This document shows positions 42,990 to 52,771 of a stretch of 64,000 nucleotides of DNA, piece by piece. The position numbers and the translations under genes are program-made. The notes beneath the pieces were generated by a model. It ran no database searches and was not told where the DNA came from. It saw only the letters and a list, made by a program, of their open reading frames with translations. The stretch spans positions 949,584 through 1,013,583 of the forward strand of contig CAXNJO010000001.1 in NCBI GenBank assembly GCA_964202905.1. The letters are read 5' to 3'. The stretch is from Polyangiales bacterium. GTDB taxonomy: Bacteria; Myxococcota_A; Polyangia; Polyangiales; JADJQN01. Within the stretch, counting starts at the first letter, position 1. Each line of letters begins with the position of its first letter.

Positions 42990-44410
42990 GGCACGATGAC
43001 CCGGTCCACGATGATCGCGGGGGCGCCAGGCGCGCCGCCGACGCGCCAGATCTCGACGGGGCCGCTCGTCTCGCCCGTCGTCGCGTCGAAGTCGAGCTCC
43101 CCCGAGGCGCCGCGCACGTCGACGTCGCGGCCCGCGGCGAGCTCGGCCGAGAGCGCCTCCCAGCTGCCGGGCAGCAGGTCGAACGCGGGCACCGTGCTCC
43201 CGGTCGCGCTCAGGTGGGTCAGACCTTCGGCGAGCCCGCTCCCGCGCACCGCGCCGACCTCGGCGGCGGACCACACCGCGCCCGCGAAGACCAGCCAGGT
43301 CGCGTCGTAGGCGTAGGGCACGTACGGGTACTGCGTGATGTCGGCCCTCTCCATGAAGCGCGCGCGGTACGCCGCGACGAACTGCTCGTAGATGGGGCCG
43401 GTCGCGGGCGGGCGCCGCGAGCCGCGGAGCCTTGGAAAGAGCGGCTCGACGAGCGCGTCATCGAGGAACTCCGGCGACGTGACGGCCGCATCCGTGAGGA
43501 AGAACCGCATCTCGACGAGGGCCGGAATCGACGCCGCGTAGCGCAGGAACTCGCGCGAGTCGGAGGCGGTCGACGAGATGAAGAGCACCTCGTCGAACTC
43601 GGCCGCGCGGCCGGCGACCGTCATCGCCTGCGCATCGCGCTCCGTCTCGTTGCCAGGCGCGAAGGGGAACGGCGTGGCGTCGCCGCCGAACGCTTCGCTG
43701 AACTCGTCGGCGAGACCGACACCGTACGAGCCGTCCTCGACGATCACGGCGACCCGCGCGACCCGGCGCGCGCCGAGATCGGCGGCGATCGCCGCGCCCT
43801 GCTCGGAGTCGGGCGGGCACGTCCGCCAGAGGAGGCCGGTGTCGGCGTCGAGCCGCGTGAGCGCGGAGCTCGTCGCCGAGTGCGAGATCATCAGCGTCCC
43901 GAGCGGCGCAACCGCCGCGTAGAGCGACTCCGCCTGCGAGGAGGTCGATGGGCCGAGGATCGCGGGGGCGTCGAGCACGCCCGCGAGGTAGCGCCCGAGG
44001 GTCGCCGTCGCTTCCTGCTCGGTCGCGTCGTCGCGCTCCGGGTCCGGCTCGTTGTTGCAGAACACCGCGGCGACCTCGCGCCCGTCGATCCCACCGAGGT
44101 CGTTCACCTGCTTGACCGCGAGCTCGATCGCGTTCTCCACGACGCGCGTGTTCACGATGACGCCGAGCGCGAGGTCGTCGCCGTAGTTGCGCGGCCGCGC
44201 GAAGAGGTCCCGCGGGAAGGTGCGCGCGCAGCGGGGCGGAGGCGACGGCGGGAGACAGAGGCCCGACGCGCCACACGTCGCGCCGAAGCCGAAGGCCGCG
44301 CGGCAGTCGGCGTTCGACGTGCAGTCGTCGTCGCCGAGGGTCGTCAGCGAGCACCCGGAGAGCAGCCCCGCGGCGAGGACGAGCGAGCACGCGGTGAGCC
44401 GGGCGACCAT
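42986..44410 (-). CDS. Type 1 periplasmic-binding-fold (LivJ-like) lipoprotein with Cys-rich N-terminus
   Basis: Lipobox LSGC; AIELAVKQVNDLGG, AILGPSTSS, ISHSATSSALT, WRTCPPDSEQG, YAYDA, GASGELDFD. Confidence 0.88.
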   Translation of the reverse strand: MVARLTACSLVLAAGLLSGCSLTTLGDDDCTSNADCRAAFGFGATCGASGLCLPPSPPPRCARTFPRDLFARPRNYGDDLALGVIVNTRVVENAIELAVKQVNDLGGIDGREVAAVFCNNEPDPERDDATEQEATATLGRYLAGVLDAPAILGPSTSSQAESLYAAVAPLGTLMISHSATSSALTRLDADTGLLWRTCPPDSEQGAAIAADLGARRVARVAVIVEDGSYGVGLADEFSEAFGGDATPFPFAPGNETERDAQAMTVAGRAAEFDEVLFISSTASDSREFLRYAASIPALVEMRFFLTDAAVTSPEFLDDALVEPLFPRLRGSRRPPATGPIYEQFVAAYRARFMERADITQYPYVPYAYDATWLVFAGAVWSAAEVGAVRGSGLAEGLTHLSATGSTVPAFDLLPGSWEALSAELAAGRDVDVRGASGELDFDATTGETSGPVEIWRVGGAPGAPAIIVDRVIVP

Positions 44411-44479
44411 GGGGGAGGCCCCCGAGTATACGACCCGCGCCGCGCGGGAACGCAGGAATCGGTGTTAGATTCGCGCGCC

Positions 44480-45508
44480 ATGGCCGACGCGACCGCGACC
44501 TCTGCTCGACACGGCTGGACCCTCGAGCGGCATCTCTTCGAGCAGCAGCGCGCGATGCCCGGCGCGAGCGGCGACTTCACGGGCCTCTTTCAGGAGATCG
44601 CGCTCGCGGGCCGCATCATCGCGAGCCAGGTGCGCTCCGCGGGCCTCGCGAACCTCCTCGGGCTCACCGGCGAGACGAACGTGCAGGGCGAGCAGGTCGC
44701 GCGCCTCGACGAGCTCGCGAACGAGACGCTCATCCGCTGCCTGCAGGCGGGCGGGCACGTCTGCGCGATGGCGAGCGAGGAGAACGAGGGCCTCATCGAC
44801 GTGCCGCCCGAGCGCGCGAAGGGCAAGTACGTCGTGCTCTTCGATCCGCTCGACGGCTCCTCGAACATCGACGTGAACGTCAGCATCGGCACGATCTTCT
44901 CCGTGCATCGGCGCGTCTCGTCGGGCGGCCCGGGCACGGCAGCCGATTGCCTGCAGCCCGGCACCGCGCAGGTCGCCGCGGGCTACGTGATGTACGGCTC
45001 GTCGACCGTGCTCGTGTACACGACGGGGCAGGGCACGCACGCCTTCACGCTCGACCCGACCGTCGGCGAGTTCTTCCTCTCGCACGAGCACATCCAGACG
45101 CCCGCGCGCGGCAAGACGTACTCGATCAACGAGGGCAATTACGCCTCGTGGCACGAGGGCATGCAGCGCTGGTCCGATTGGATCAAGACGCCGGACGCCG
45201 CGAGCGGGCGGCCCTACGGCCACCGCTACGTCGGCACGCTCGTCGCCGACTTCCACCGCACGCTCCTGAAGGGCGGCGTCTTCGCCTACCCGGCCGACCG
45301 CAAGAACCCCGACGGCAAGCTGCGCCTGCTCTACGAGGCGGCGCCGATGGCGATGCTCGCCGAGCAGGCGGGCGCGGCGGCCGAGACGGGCCGCGGGCGC
45401 GTGCTCGAGGTGGTGCCGACCGCGCTGCACCAGCGCGTGCCGCTCTTCCTCGGCAGCCGCGAGGACGTCGCGACCGTCGTCCGCTTCGCGCGCGGCGAAG
45501 GCCCCTGA
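44480..45508 (+). CDS. fbp: Class 1 fructose-1,6-bisphosphatase
   Basis: NVQGE, ASEE, FDPLDGSSNIDVNVSIGTIF, YSINEGN, VADFHRTLLKGG, GKLRLLYEAAP. Confidence 0.97.
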   Translation: MADATATSARHGWTLERHLFEQQRAMPGASGDFTGLFQEIALAGRIIASQVRSAGLANLLGLTGETNVQGEQVARLDELANETLIRCLQAGGHVCAMASEENEGLIDVPPERAKGKYVVLFDPLDGSSNIDVNVSIGTIFSVHRRVSSGGPGTAADCLQPGTAQVAAGYVMYGSSTVLVYTTGQGTHAFTLDPTVGEFFLSHEHIQTPARGKTYSINEGNYASWHEGMQRWSDWIKTPDAASGRPYGHRYVGTLVADFHRTLLKGGVFAYPADRKNPDGKLRLLYEAAPMAMLAEQAGAAAETGRGRVLEVVPTALHQRVPLFLGSREDVATVVRFARGEGP

Positions 45509-45603
45509 TCTCCCCACATTTCAAGGGTTTCGTGCGTTCGCGCGGCGTCGCGCGGGCGCCGCTTCTTTGACCCACTCCGCGCGGACGCGTACCCGTCGAG
45601 GGC

Positions 45604-46614
45604 ATGGCGAACGGACGCAGGCGCGCGGTCGGCGTGCTCAAGGTGCTCGTGTCGGCGGCGCTCCTCGCGTGGGTGCTGCGCTCGGTGTTCGCGCGGGAGG
45701 GCGTCGACGCGCTCGCGGCGCGGCTCGACGCGCTCGACGGCGCGGCGCTCGTCGCGGCGGTGCTGCTCCACGGGCTCTCCGTCGCGCTCGGGATCGTGCG
45801 CTGGGACGCGCTGCTCCGTGCGCGCGGGTACGCGCTGCGCTTCGTGTTCCTCGCGCGCTCGTACCTCGTGGGGCGCTTCGTGGGGGCGTTCACGCCCTCG
45901 ACCGCGGGGCTCGATCTCGTCCGCGCGATCGACGTGCGCCGCGCGACGGGCAGCGTCGCGCTCGGCGCCGGCGTGCTCGCCGCGGAGAAGGCCGTCGGCG
46001 TGCTCGGCCTCGCGCTCGTCTGCGCCGCGCTCGCGTTCGGCGGTGGTGAGGTGCTGCCGCGGGGCCCCGCGCTCCTCGTCGCCGCGCTCGCGTCCGGCGG
46101 TGCGCTCGCGCTGCTCGTCGTGCTCGCCCGCCCCGCGCGTCTCGCCCCGTTGCTCGCGCCGCTCCCTGCGCGCCTGCGCGCACGCGCGCTCGCGTGGCTC
46201 GAGGCGCTGCCCGAGGGGGGACTCGCCCCGCGCGTGCTCGCGAAGGGCGTGCTGCTCGGCCTGCTCGCGCACCTCGCGGTCTCGACGGTCTACGTCGCGA
46301 CGGGCCGCGCGCTCGGCGTCGGCGTGTCGCCGCTCTCGCTGCTCGTCGTCGGCAACGCGATCGTCGTCGCGACGCTCTTCCCCATCTCTCTGGGTGGTAT
46401 CGGTGTGCGCGAAGGCGTCGCGGTCGCGCTGCTCGCGCGGGTCGGCGTGAGCGCCTCGGACGCGACGCTGCTCGCGTTGCTCGGCTACCTCACGGGGCAG
46501 GTCCCGGCGCTCCTCGGCGGGCTGCTCTCGCTGCGGCCCGCGCCCGACGCGGCGCCCCGCACGTCCGCGCGCGGCGCGTGGACCCGCGTGGGCGCGGCGC
46601 TCACCTCGCGCTGA
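45604..46614 (+). CDS. LPG-synthase TM / UPF0104 flippase-like membrane protein
   Basis: LKVLVSAALL, RWDALL, TPSTAGLDLVR, PISLGGIGVREG. Confidence 0.85.
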   Translation: MANGRRRAVGVLKVLVSAALLAWVLRSVFAREGVDALAARLDALDGAALVAAVLLHGLSVALGIVRWDALLRARGYALRFVFLARSYLVGRFVGAFTPSTAGLDLVRAIDVRRATGSVALGAGVLAAEKAVGVLGLALVCAALAFGGGEVLPRGPALLVAALASGGALALLVVLARPARLAPLLAPLPARLRARALAWLEALPEGGLAPRVLAKGVLLGLLAHLAVSTVYVATGRALGVGVSPLSLLVVGNAIVVATLFPISLGGIGVREGVAVALLARVGVSASDATLLALLGYLTGQVPALLGGLLSLRPAPDAAPRTSARGAWTRVGAALTSR

Positions 46615-46696
46615 CGCACCCCGCGCGCGTCGCGGCGGGGGACGGTCGCGCGGCCGGAAACTTGCCCCGTGGTTGCGGGCCGGGGTAGCCGCGCCT

Positions 46697-49600
46697 ATGC
46701 CGAGCGACCGCTCCATGGACCCGAAGCGCAGGAAGCTGCTCGTCACGCTCGTGAAGGTCCTCGTCGCCGCGGGGATCTTCGGCTACCTCGGCTGGAAGGT
46801 CTCGCACGCCGAGAACATCGACGCGCTCGGCGCGCGCCTCGCGAACCTCTCGTGGGGCTGGCTCGTGGTCGCGGCGCTGATCCAGGCCGTCGCGATCGGC
46901 TGCAGCATCGTTCGCTGGCAGGTGCTCCTGCGCGGGCAGGGGATCCGCGCGCCGCTCGCGCACCTCGTCGCCGCCTTCATGTCGGGGCGCTTCCTCAGCG
47001 CGATCTCGCCGGGCGGCTGGACGGGCCTCGACGCCTACCGGATCTTCGACATCGCCTCGCGCACCAAGAAGAACGCGCGCTCGGTCGCGACGGTCGGCAT
47101 CGACAAGCTGCTCGGGCAGGCCGCGCTCGGCAGCGTGATCGTCGTCGCGGCGCTCGCCTTCGGGGTGCCCTACCTCGGGGCTGCGAAGGTCGGGATGCTC
47201 ACGGCCGCCTTCGGCGTGCTCATCGCGACGATCTTCGCGCTGCTGACGCGGCCGACGCTCTTCCGCTCGCTCGCCGCGCGCCTCCCCGCGAAGGTGCGCA
47301 CGCGCCTGCAGACGATGGTCGAAGCGGTGAGCGCGTACCAGGGGCGCGGGCGGCTGCTCCTCGGCGCGTTCGCGCTCTCGTGGGGCACGCACCTCGCGAC
47401 CAACGCGATCACCGTCGCGGCCGCGTTCGCGCTCGGGCTCTCCGTCTCGCCGGGGCAGGTCTTCTTCGTCTCGACCATGATGGTCATCGCGACGCTGCTG
47501 CCCATCTCGCCGAACGGGATGGGCCTGCGTGAGGCCGCGGCGGTCTACCTCTTCGGGCAGGTGGGGATCGGCGCGGGCGAGGCCGTGCTCGTGCCGCTGC
47601 TCTACTTCGCGGTCGACATGCTCTTCAGCGCGCTCGGCGGCGTGTTCCTGCTGCTGCCGCGCCGCGATCCCGCGATCGTCGTCGAGGACGAGGGCCGCGA
47701 AGATCGCGTCAACGCCGAGATCCCGCTCGCTCCGCCCGAGTCGTGGCCGCGCGTCGGGCGCGGGCTCGCGCTCGGGCTCGGCGGCGGCCTGCTCGCGGGC
47801 CTCCTCGTCGGGCTCGCGGAGGCGGGCGTCATCCTCGCGTCCTCGGGTGGGCGCGCGGAGGCGACGGTGCTCGCGTACGGCGCGGTCGTCTACGCGCTGC
47901 TCCTCGGCGCGGGCGGTGCCGCGGGCGGCCTCGTGCTCGCGTGGAGTGGCCGCCTGCTGCAACGCGAGGCGCTCCCGGTGCACCGCGCGTTCGCGCTCTG
48001 GACGGGCCTGCTCGCGGCGCTGCCCGCGCTCGCGCTCGGCGCCTTCCGCGTGCGGCGCGACCTCTATCACGAGCTGCTCGTGTGGAAGAGCGCGAAGGGC
48101 CTGCTCGTGCTGCTCGGCTGCGCGGCGGCCGCGGCGCTGCTCTTCGCGCTGCTCGCGTTCACCACCGGACGCCTCGCCCGGACGCGCGCGGGGGCATGGC
48201 TCGTGCGGCCGTGGGGCGCGCCTGCGCTCGTCGGGCTCGTGATCGCGGGCGTGCTCGCGTACGTCGCGATCGCGCGCTCCGGCCCGGTCGCGCCGCCCCG
48301 CGTCGAGCGTCCCGCGCCGCCCGCGCAGGCGGGCCCGATCGTCGTCGTCGTCGTCGACACGCTGCGCGCCGATCACCTGCCCGCGTATGGCTACCGCGCG
48401 GGGCGCACGCCGAACCTCGACGCGCTCGCGCGCGACGCGATCCGCTTCGAGAACGCCTTCTCGAACGCCTCGTGGACGCGCCCGAGCTTCGCGACGATCC
48501 TCAGCGGCAGCTACCCCTCGCGCCACAACACGATGGCGAAGAGCGACTCGCTCCCGGAGTCCCTCGTCACCCTGCCCGAGGCCCTGCGCGCAGGCGGCTA
48601 CGCGACGGGCGGCGTCGTCACCAACTACAACGTCGCGCCCTTCTTCCACTTCGATCAGGGCTTCGATCGCTACACCTACCTCGAGCCCGACTTCGTCCTC
48701 GGCGCGGACGACACGGCCGCGAAGCTCCTCCTGATCCAGTTCGCGCGGCAGACCTACGAGAAGCTCGAGGAGCGCGTGCGCGGCACGCCCCCGGGCCGCG
48801 CGTACCAGGACGGCGAGGCCGTGAACCGCGCCGCGTTCGCGGAGCTCGATCGCCTCGCAGCCCCCGACAACGCGGGCGCGCCGCCGTTTCTCTTCGTCGC
48901 GTACATGGACCCGCACGACCCGTACTACCCGCACCCCTACGGCAGCGGGCCGGGCTACTCGCGCGCCGCGCACCAGACGCCGTCACTCGACGAGGCGCCG
49001 CGCCTGCGCGCGCTCTACGACGGCGAGATCACCTACTGGGACGCGCAACTCGGCGCGCTCGTCGCGGAGCTGCGGCGGCGCAACCTCTACGAGACGGCGA
49101 CGCTCGTCGTCACCGCCGACCACGGCGAGGAGTTCGGCGAGCACGGCGGCTTCTGGCACGGCACGACGCTCTACGACGAGCAGGTGCGCGTGCCCCTCTT
49201 CGTGAAGCTCCCCTTCCACGAGCGCGGGGGGCAGGTGCGCCGCGAGTGGGTGCAGCACGTCGACCTGATGCCGACCGTGCTCCGTCGCGCGGGCGTCGCC
49301 GTGCCCGAGGGCGTGCAGGGGCACGACGTCTTCGATCGCGCGGTGCGACGCGACGAGGCCTTCGCGGAGGAGAGCCACGAGGGCAACGTCCTGCGGAGCC
49401 TGCGCGTGCAGCGGGGTGGCAGCGAGCTGAAGCTGATCACCGCGAACGAGGGCAACCCGCGCGGCCTCGCGCCGACGGAGCTCTACCGCGTCGACGTCGA
49501 CCACCGCGAGCAGGTGAACCTCGCCGAGGAGCTGCCCTGGGAGACCGGCCACGTCCGCGAGCGGCTCGAGGGCTTCGGCACGCGCGCGCAGCAGGGCCGC

Positions 49601-49738
49601 GTCGACGCGCAGCAGGTCGCGATGAGCGCGGACGAGTGTCGCCGCCTCGCCGCGCTCGGCTACGTGCAGGCGAGCGAGTGCGACCGCATCGGCCGCCCCG
49701 CACCCGCCCCCGCGGATGCCGCCGCCCCTGCCCCCTGA
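46697..49738 (+). CDS. Fusion of UPF0104 flippase-like domain, further TM helices and a sulfatase/alkaline-phosphatase-fold domain
   Basis: RWQVLL...GLDAYR...PISPNGMGLRE; then VDTLRADHL, NASWTRPSFATILSG, DPHDPY, YDGEITYWD, TADHGEEF, LYDEQVRVPL, LAALGY, all in one frame. Confidence 0.9.
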   Translation: MPSDRSMDPKRRKLLVTLVKVLVAAGIFGYLGWKVSHAENIDALGARLANLSWGWLVVAALIQAVAIGCSIVRWQVLLRGQGIRAPLAHLVAAFMSGRFLSAISPGGWTGLDAYRIFDIASRTKKNARSVATVGIDKLLGQAALGSVIVVAALAFGVPYLGAAKVGMLTAAFGVLIATIFALLTRPTLFRSLAARLPAKVRTRLQTMVEAVSAYQGRGRLLLGAFALSWGTHLATNAITVAAAFALGLSVSPGQVFFVSTMMVIATLLPISPNGMGLREAAAVYLFGQVGIGAGEAVLVPLLYFAVDMLFSALGGVFLLLPRRDPAIVVEDEGREDRVNAEIPLAPPESWPRVGRGLALGLGGGLLAGLLVGLAEAGVILASSGGRAEATVLAYGAVVYALLLGAGGAAGGLVLAWSGRLLQREALPVHRAFALWTGLLAALPALALGAFRVRRDLYHELLVWKSAKGLLVLLGCAAAAALLFALLAFTTGRLARTRAGAWLVRPWGAPALVGLVIAGVLAYVAIARSGPVAPPRVERPAPPAQAGPIVVVVVDTLRADHLPAYGYRAGRTPNLDALARDAIRFENAFSNASWTRPSFATILSGSYPSRHNTMAKSDSLPESLVTLPEALRAGGYATGGVVTNYNVAPFFHFDQGFDRYTYLEPDFVLGADDTAAKLLLIQFARQTYEKLEERVRGTPPGRAYQDGEAVNRAAFAELDRLAAPDNAGAPPFLFVAYMDPHDPYYPHPYGSGPGYSRAAHQTPSLDEAPRLRALYDGEITYWDAQLGALVAELRRRNLYETATLVVTADHGEEFGEHGGFWHGTTLYDEQVRVPLFVKLPFHERGGQVRREWVQHVDLMPTVLRRAGVAVPEGVQGHDVFDRAVRRDEAFAEESHEGNVLRSLRVQRGGSELKLITANEGNPRGLAPTELYRVDVDHREQVNLAEELPWETGHVRERLEGFGTRAQQGRVDAQQVAMSADECRRLAALGYVQASECDRIGRPAPAPADAAAPAP

Positions 49739-49829
49739 CGCGCCATGGCGCGCGCTGTAAGTATACGTTTCAGAAAGGTTTTTGCCTTTCAACGCCGGCC
49801 CGTCCCGCGGGCCACGACAGGATGGATCC

Positions 49830-50273
49830 ATGACCCTCAAGCAGACGATCGACGCCGACCTGAAGACCGCGATGAAGGCCCGCGAGGAGCTCGTGCGCGA
49901 CACGCTCCGCATGGTGAAGAGCGAGCTGATGAACCGCGAGGTCGAGCTCGGCCGCGACCTCGACGAGGGCGAGGAGATCGCCGTGCTCTCGCGCGCCGTG
50001 AAGACGCGCCGCGACGCGATCGTCGAGTACGAGGCGGGCGGGCGGAGCGACGCCGCCGAGATGGAGCGCGCCGAGATCGCGATCATCGAGCGCTACCTCC
50101 CGCAGCCACTCGACGAGGCCGCGCTGCGCGAGGCGATCGTCGCGCTCGCGGCCGAGGTCGGCGCGACGACGAAGCGCGACATGGGCAAGGTGATGAAGGC
50201 GCTCGGCGAGCGACACAAGGGCCGCTACGACGGCAAGGTCGCGTCGCGGCTCGTCGGCGAGCTGCTCCCCTGA
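49830..50273 (+). CDS. GatB/YqeY domain protein
   Basis: LKQTIDADLKTAMKAR...IERYLPQPL...DMGKVM. Confidence 0.93.
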   Translation: MTLKQTIDADLKTAMKAREELVRDTLRMVKSELMNREVELGRDLDEGEEIAVLSRAVKTRRDAIVEYEAGGRSDAAEMERAEIAIIERYLPQPLDEAALREAIVALAAEVGATTKRDMGKVMKALGERHKGRYDGKVASRLVGELLP

Positions 50274-50293
50274 CGTCGTCCACGGCGGAGGCC

Positions 50294-50317
50294 CGACAGC
50301 CAGCCGGCTGGCCGTCG
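50294..50317. repeat. Palindromic REP-like element, copy 3
   Basis: cgacagccagccggctggccgtcg (one mismatch), between convergent genes. Confidence 0.75.
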
Positions 50318-50352
50318 TGGCGTCCCCGGCCTCTCGGGGACAGCGGCGCGCG

Positions 50353-51135
50353 TCACCAGCCTGCGGGCTGCGGCGGGAGCTGCGGCGCGGGCTGCGCGGG
50401 CGTGAGGTCCGGCGGCGCGAGCTTCGCGAACGGCGTCCCGCCCTTCGCGAGGTAGGCGCGGTACAGCTCCGCCTGGAACATCGCGTGGGCGTACACGCCG
50501 AGCCACATCACGCCGAAGGCGGGCAGGTAGCAGAGCATCAGGCCGACGATGCCGAGGGCCATCTGCGTCATGCTGAGCAGCAGGCTCCCGAGGAAGAGCT
50601 CCTTGAAGACGAGCTTCGTCATCGCGAGGATCTCGCCGAACTTGAGCCCCTCGTTGAGGTCGTCCATCAGCTCGGCGCGCAGGCTCGCGACCGTCGCCGG
50701 CAACGTCAGCAGCACGAAGACCGGCACGAGCAGCAGCACCGCGACGCCGATGCACAGCACCACCGCGAGCGCGCCCCCCTCGCCGCCCGCCTTCGCGCCG
50801 CCGATCGCGGCGACGATGCCCCCGATGTACAGGCACAACCCTGCGCCGAACGCGAGGAACGTCACGGGGAGCGTCCAGATCATGCGGACGATGAAGCCCT
50901 TGAACCCGGGTCCGAGCAGCTTGCCGAGGTAGTCGAAGTCGAAGTCGAGCCGCGGCAGCGGCGTGTCGATCCCGTGCACCGAGCGGCGCAGGACGAGCGC
51001 CGCCCAGCCCTGCAGCGCGACCTGCGGGATGATCGGGATGATCACGCTCGAGAGCGCGAGCGCGATCCCCACGAACATCTTCGAGGTCCAGGCCGGATCT
51101 TGCCGAAACGTGCGGTAGCCGCGGAAGTAGTCCAT
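50353..51135 (-). CDS. DUF4013-like membrane protein
   Basis: DPAWTSKMFVG...IIPIIPQVALQGW...LPRLDFDF...GFK; multiple TM helices. Confidence 0.75.
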   Translation of the reverse strand: MDYFRGYRTFRQDPAWTSKMFVGIALALSSVIIPIIPQVALQGWAALVLRRSVHGIDTPLPRLDFDFDYLGKLLGPGFKGFIVRMIWTLPVTFLAFGAGLCLYIGGIVAAIGGAKAGGEGGALAVVLCIGVAVLLLVPVFVLLTLPATVASLRAELMDDLNEGLKFGEILAMTKLVFKELFLGSLLLSMTQMALGIVGLMLCYLPAFGVMWLGVYAHAMFQAELYRAYLAKGGTPFAKLAPPDLTPAQPAPQLPPQPAGW

Positions 51136-51178
51136 GAGGGTCTCGCCGAGTACGGGGCGCGTCGCGCGCGCCCGCGGG

Positions 51179-51775
51179 TCAGTTGCGCGGGGTGAGGTTG
51201 AAGGGCTGCTGCACCACGGCGCACGCGCCGCCGACGGGCGCCGCGAAGTGGAGGCTCTGCGCGACGTTGCGGACGCACGCGAAGACCTCGTTGTCGCGGA
51301 GCGATCCGCCGACCTGCGTCGCGGCGACCGAGCCGTTCGCGCCGACCTTCACCGAGAGCGTCAGCGTGCCCTGCAGGGTGTTGTTCGACTTGAGCTGGCG
51401 CTCGTAGCAGTTGCGCACCTGGCGCCCCGCCTCGGCCATCACGCTGCGCGCGTCGGACACCTCGCCCGAGCAGTCCCAGCCGCCTCCGCCGCCGCCGACG
51501 TAGCGGTAGACGATGCGCTTGGTGGGCGGGCCGAGGTCCTCGCCGGGGCCCATGTCGGGCTCCTCGGGCGGGATCTCGATGTCGAGCCCTTCGGATGGCG
51601 TCGGCCGCACGCCCGCGTCGACGACCGCCGGGGGCGGGGCCGGGGGAGGGGGCTCTTCCTTGTTCAACGCGAACCAGACGGCCGCGGTGCCCCCGAAGAG
51701 CAGCAGCGCGAGCACGATGTATTTGGCATTCCCGCCGCCTTCGGCCGGGGGTGGCGCCTGCGAGTCCGAAGCCAC
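51179..51775 (-). CDS. AgmX/PglI C-terminal (TonB-C-like) single-TM protein
   Basis: TM, Pro-rich linker, VRNCYERQLKSNNTLQGTL...VGANGSV...CV...F. Confidence 0.88.
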   Translation of the reverse strand: MASDSQAPPPAEGGGNAKYIVLALLLFGGTAAVWFALNKEEPPPPAPPPAVVDAGVRPTPSEGLDIEIPPEEPDMGPGEDLGPPTKRIVYRYVGGGGGGWDCSGEVSDARSVMAEAGRQVRNCYERQLKSNNTLQGTLTLSVKVGANGSVAATQVGGSLRDNEVFACVRNVAQSLHFAAPVGGACAVVQQPFNLTPRN

Positions 51776-51893
51776 GCGATGAACTCCCTTCGCGGCCTCT
51801 CCCCTTGAGCGGCCGTGTCGCCCCCGCGAGGGAGCCGGCGCACTCTAGCGGATCTGCGCCGCGCGTGAAGGCGGCTTCTGAAGCCGACGCCGG

Positions 51894-52616
51894 TCAGCCC
51901 CCGATCGTGCCGAGCGCGCGGACCGCGACGACGATCTGCATGTCGAGCGCGCCCTCGGGGAATGGCCCGCCCGGTGCGAGATCGACGCGCGTGCGGCCGA
52001 AGAAGCGCACGCGGCGCGCGACGCCGACGAGGTGGTCCGACAGCCCGTCGACCCCCGCTGGATCGAGCGTGACCGGCCCGAGCGAGGTCGAGCCTGCGGC
52101 GATGGCGGGGAGGACGGCGAGGTGCCGCGACTCGTCGATGCCGGTCGCGCCCTCCGGCCCCCAGAACACGTCGACCGGCGCGGTCGCGACGGTGAGCGTG
52201 TTCGCGCGGATCGTCGCGTCGAGGCGTGTCACCTCGATGCGGTCGATGGTCGAGAGCAGGCCCTCGAGGTCGCCCGACGCGGTGTCGAGATCGACGACGT
52301 CGCCGAGCGGCGTGACGAGCGTCTTCGGCGCGGGATCGCACACGCCGGCGACACATTCGAGCACGACCTGGTCGGCGCCGTCGATCGACGGGCACGCGGG
52401 CAGCGGCGCCGTCCCGCAGGGGATGGCGCGCAGCGTCGGCGCGCCGCCGCTGTCGTCGCGGAGGCCGGCCGGGAGGCCGAGCTGCGCGGTCGAGAAGGAT
52501 ACGTCGAGCGGCCCCGCGAAGAGCGCGAGCTCGGTCGGGGTGCTGCACGCCGCGAGGAGCGGCGCGGCGAGCGCGAGACAGGCGAGGGCGGTGCGGGCGC
52601 GAAGAAGGCGAAGCAT
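51894..52616 (-). CDS. Hypothetical lipoprotein
   Basis: Lipobox LAAC; Cys cluster; beta-rich mature part. Confidence 0.75.
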   Translation of the reverse strand: MLRLLRARTALACLALAAPLLAACSTPTELALFAGPLDVSFSTAQLGLPAGLRDDSGGAPTLRAIPCGTAPLPACPSIDGADQVVLECVAGVCDPAPKTLVTPLGDVVDLDTASGDLEGLLSTIDRIEVTRLDATIRANTLTVATAPVDVFWGPEGATGIDESRHLAVLPAIAAGSTSLGPVTLDPAGVDGLSDHLVGVARRVRFFGRTRVDLAPGGPFPEGALDMQIVVAVRALGTIGG

Positions 52617-52677
52617 CGGGCGAGTGTACGCGAAAGCGCCCGGCCGGCCCCGTGTGGGCGGGCGCAGTGTCTGGCGC

Positions 52678-52706
52678 TTGCGACGGAGGGGCCGCCTGCG
52701 TATGCT
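52678..52706 (+). promoter_or_regulatory. Putative sigma70 promoter for the ppiD-like/M16 operon
   Basis: TTGCGA, 17-nt spacer, TATGCT. Confidence 0.5.
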
Positions 52707-52771
52707 GCGCGCCCTTTCCGGGGGGCTTCCCGCCCCACCCACGTACGCAGCCCGCGCGGGCACAGAGGCGC

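Noticed and set aside
49755..49790. LexA/SOS box in the AT-rich patch ctgtaagtatacgtttcag
   Set aside because: Spacing does not fit the consensus sequences I know; more likely just promoter sequence for the YqeY gene.
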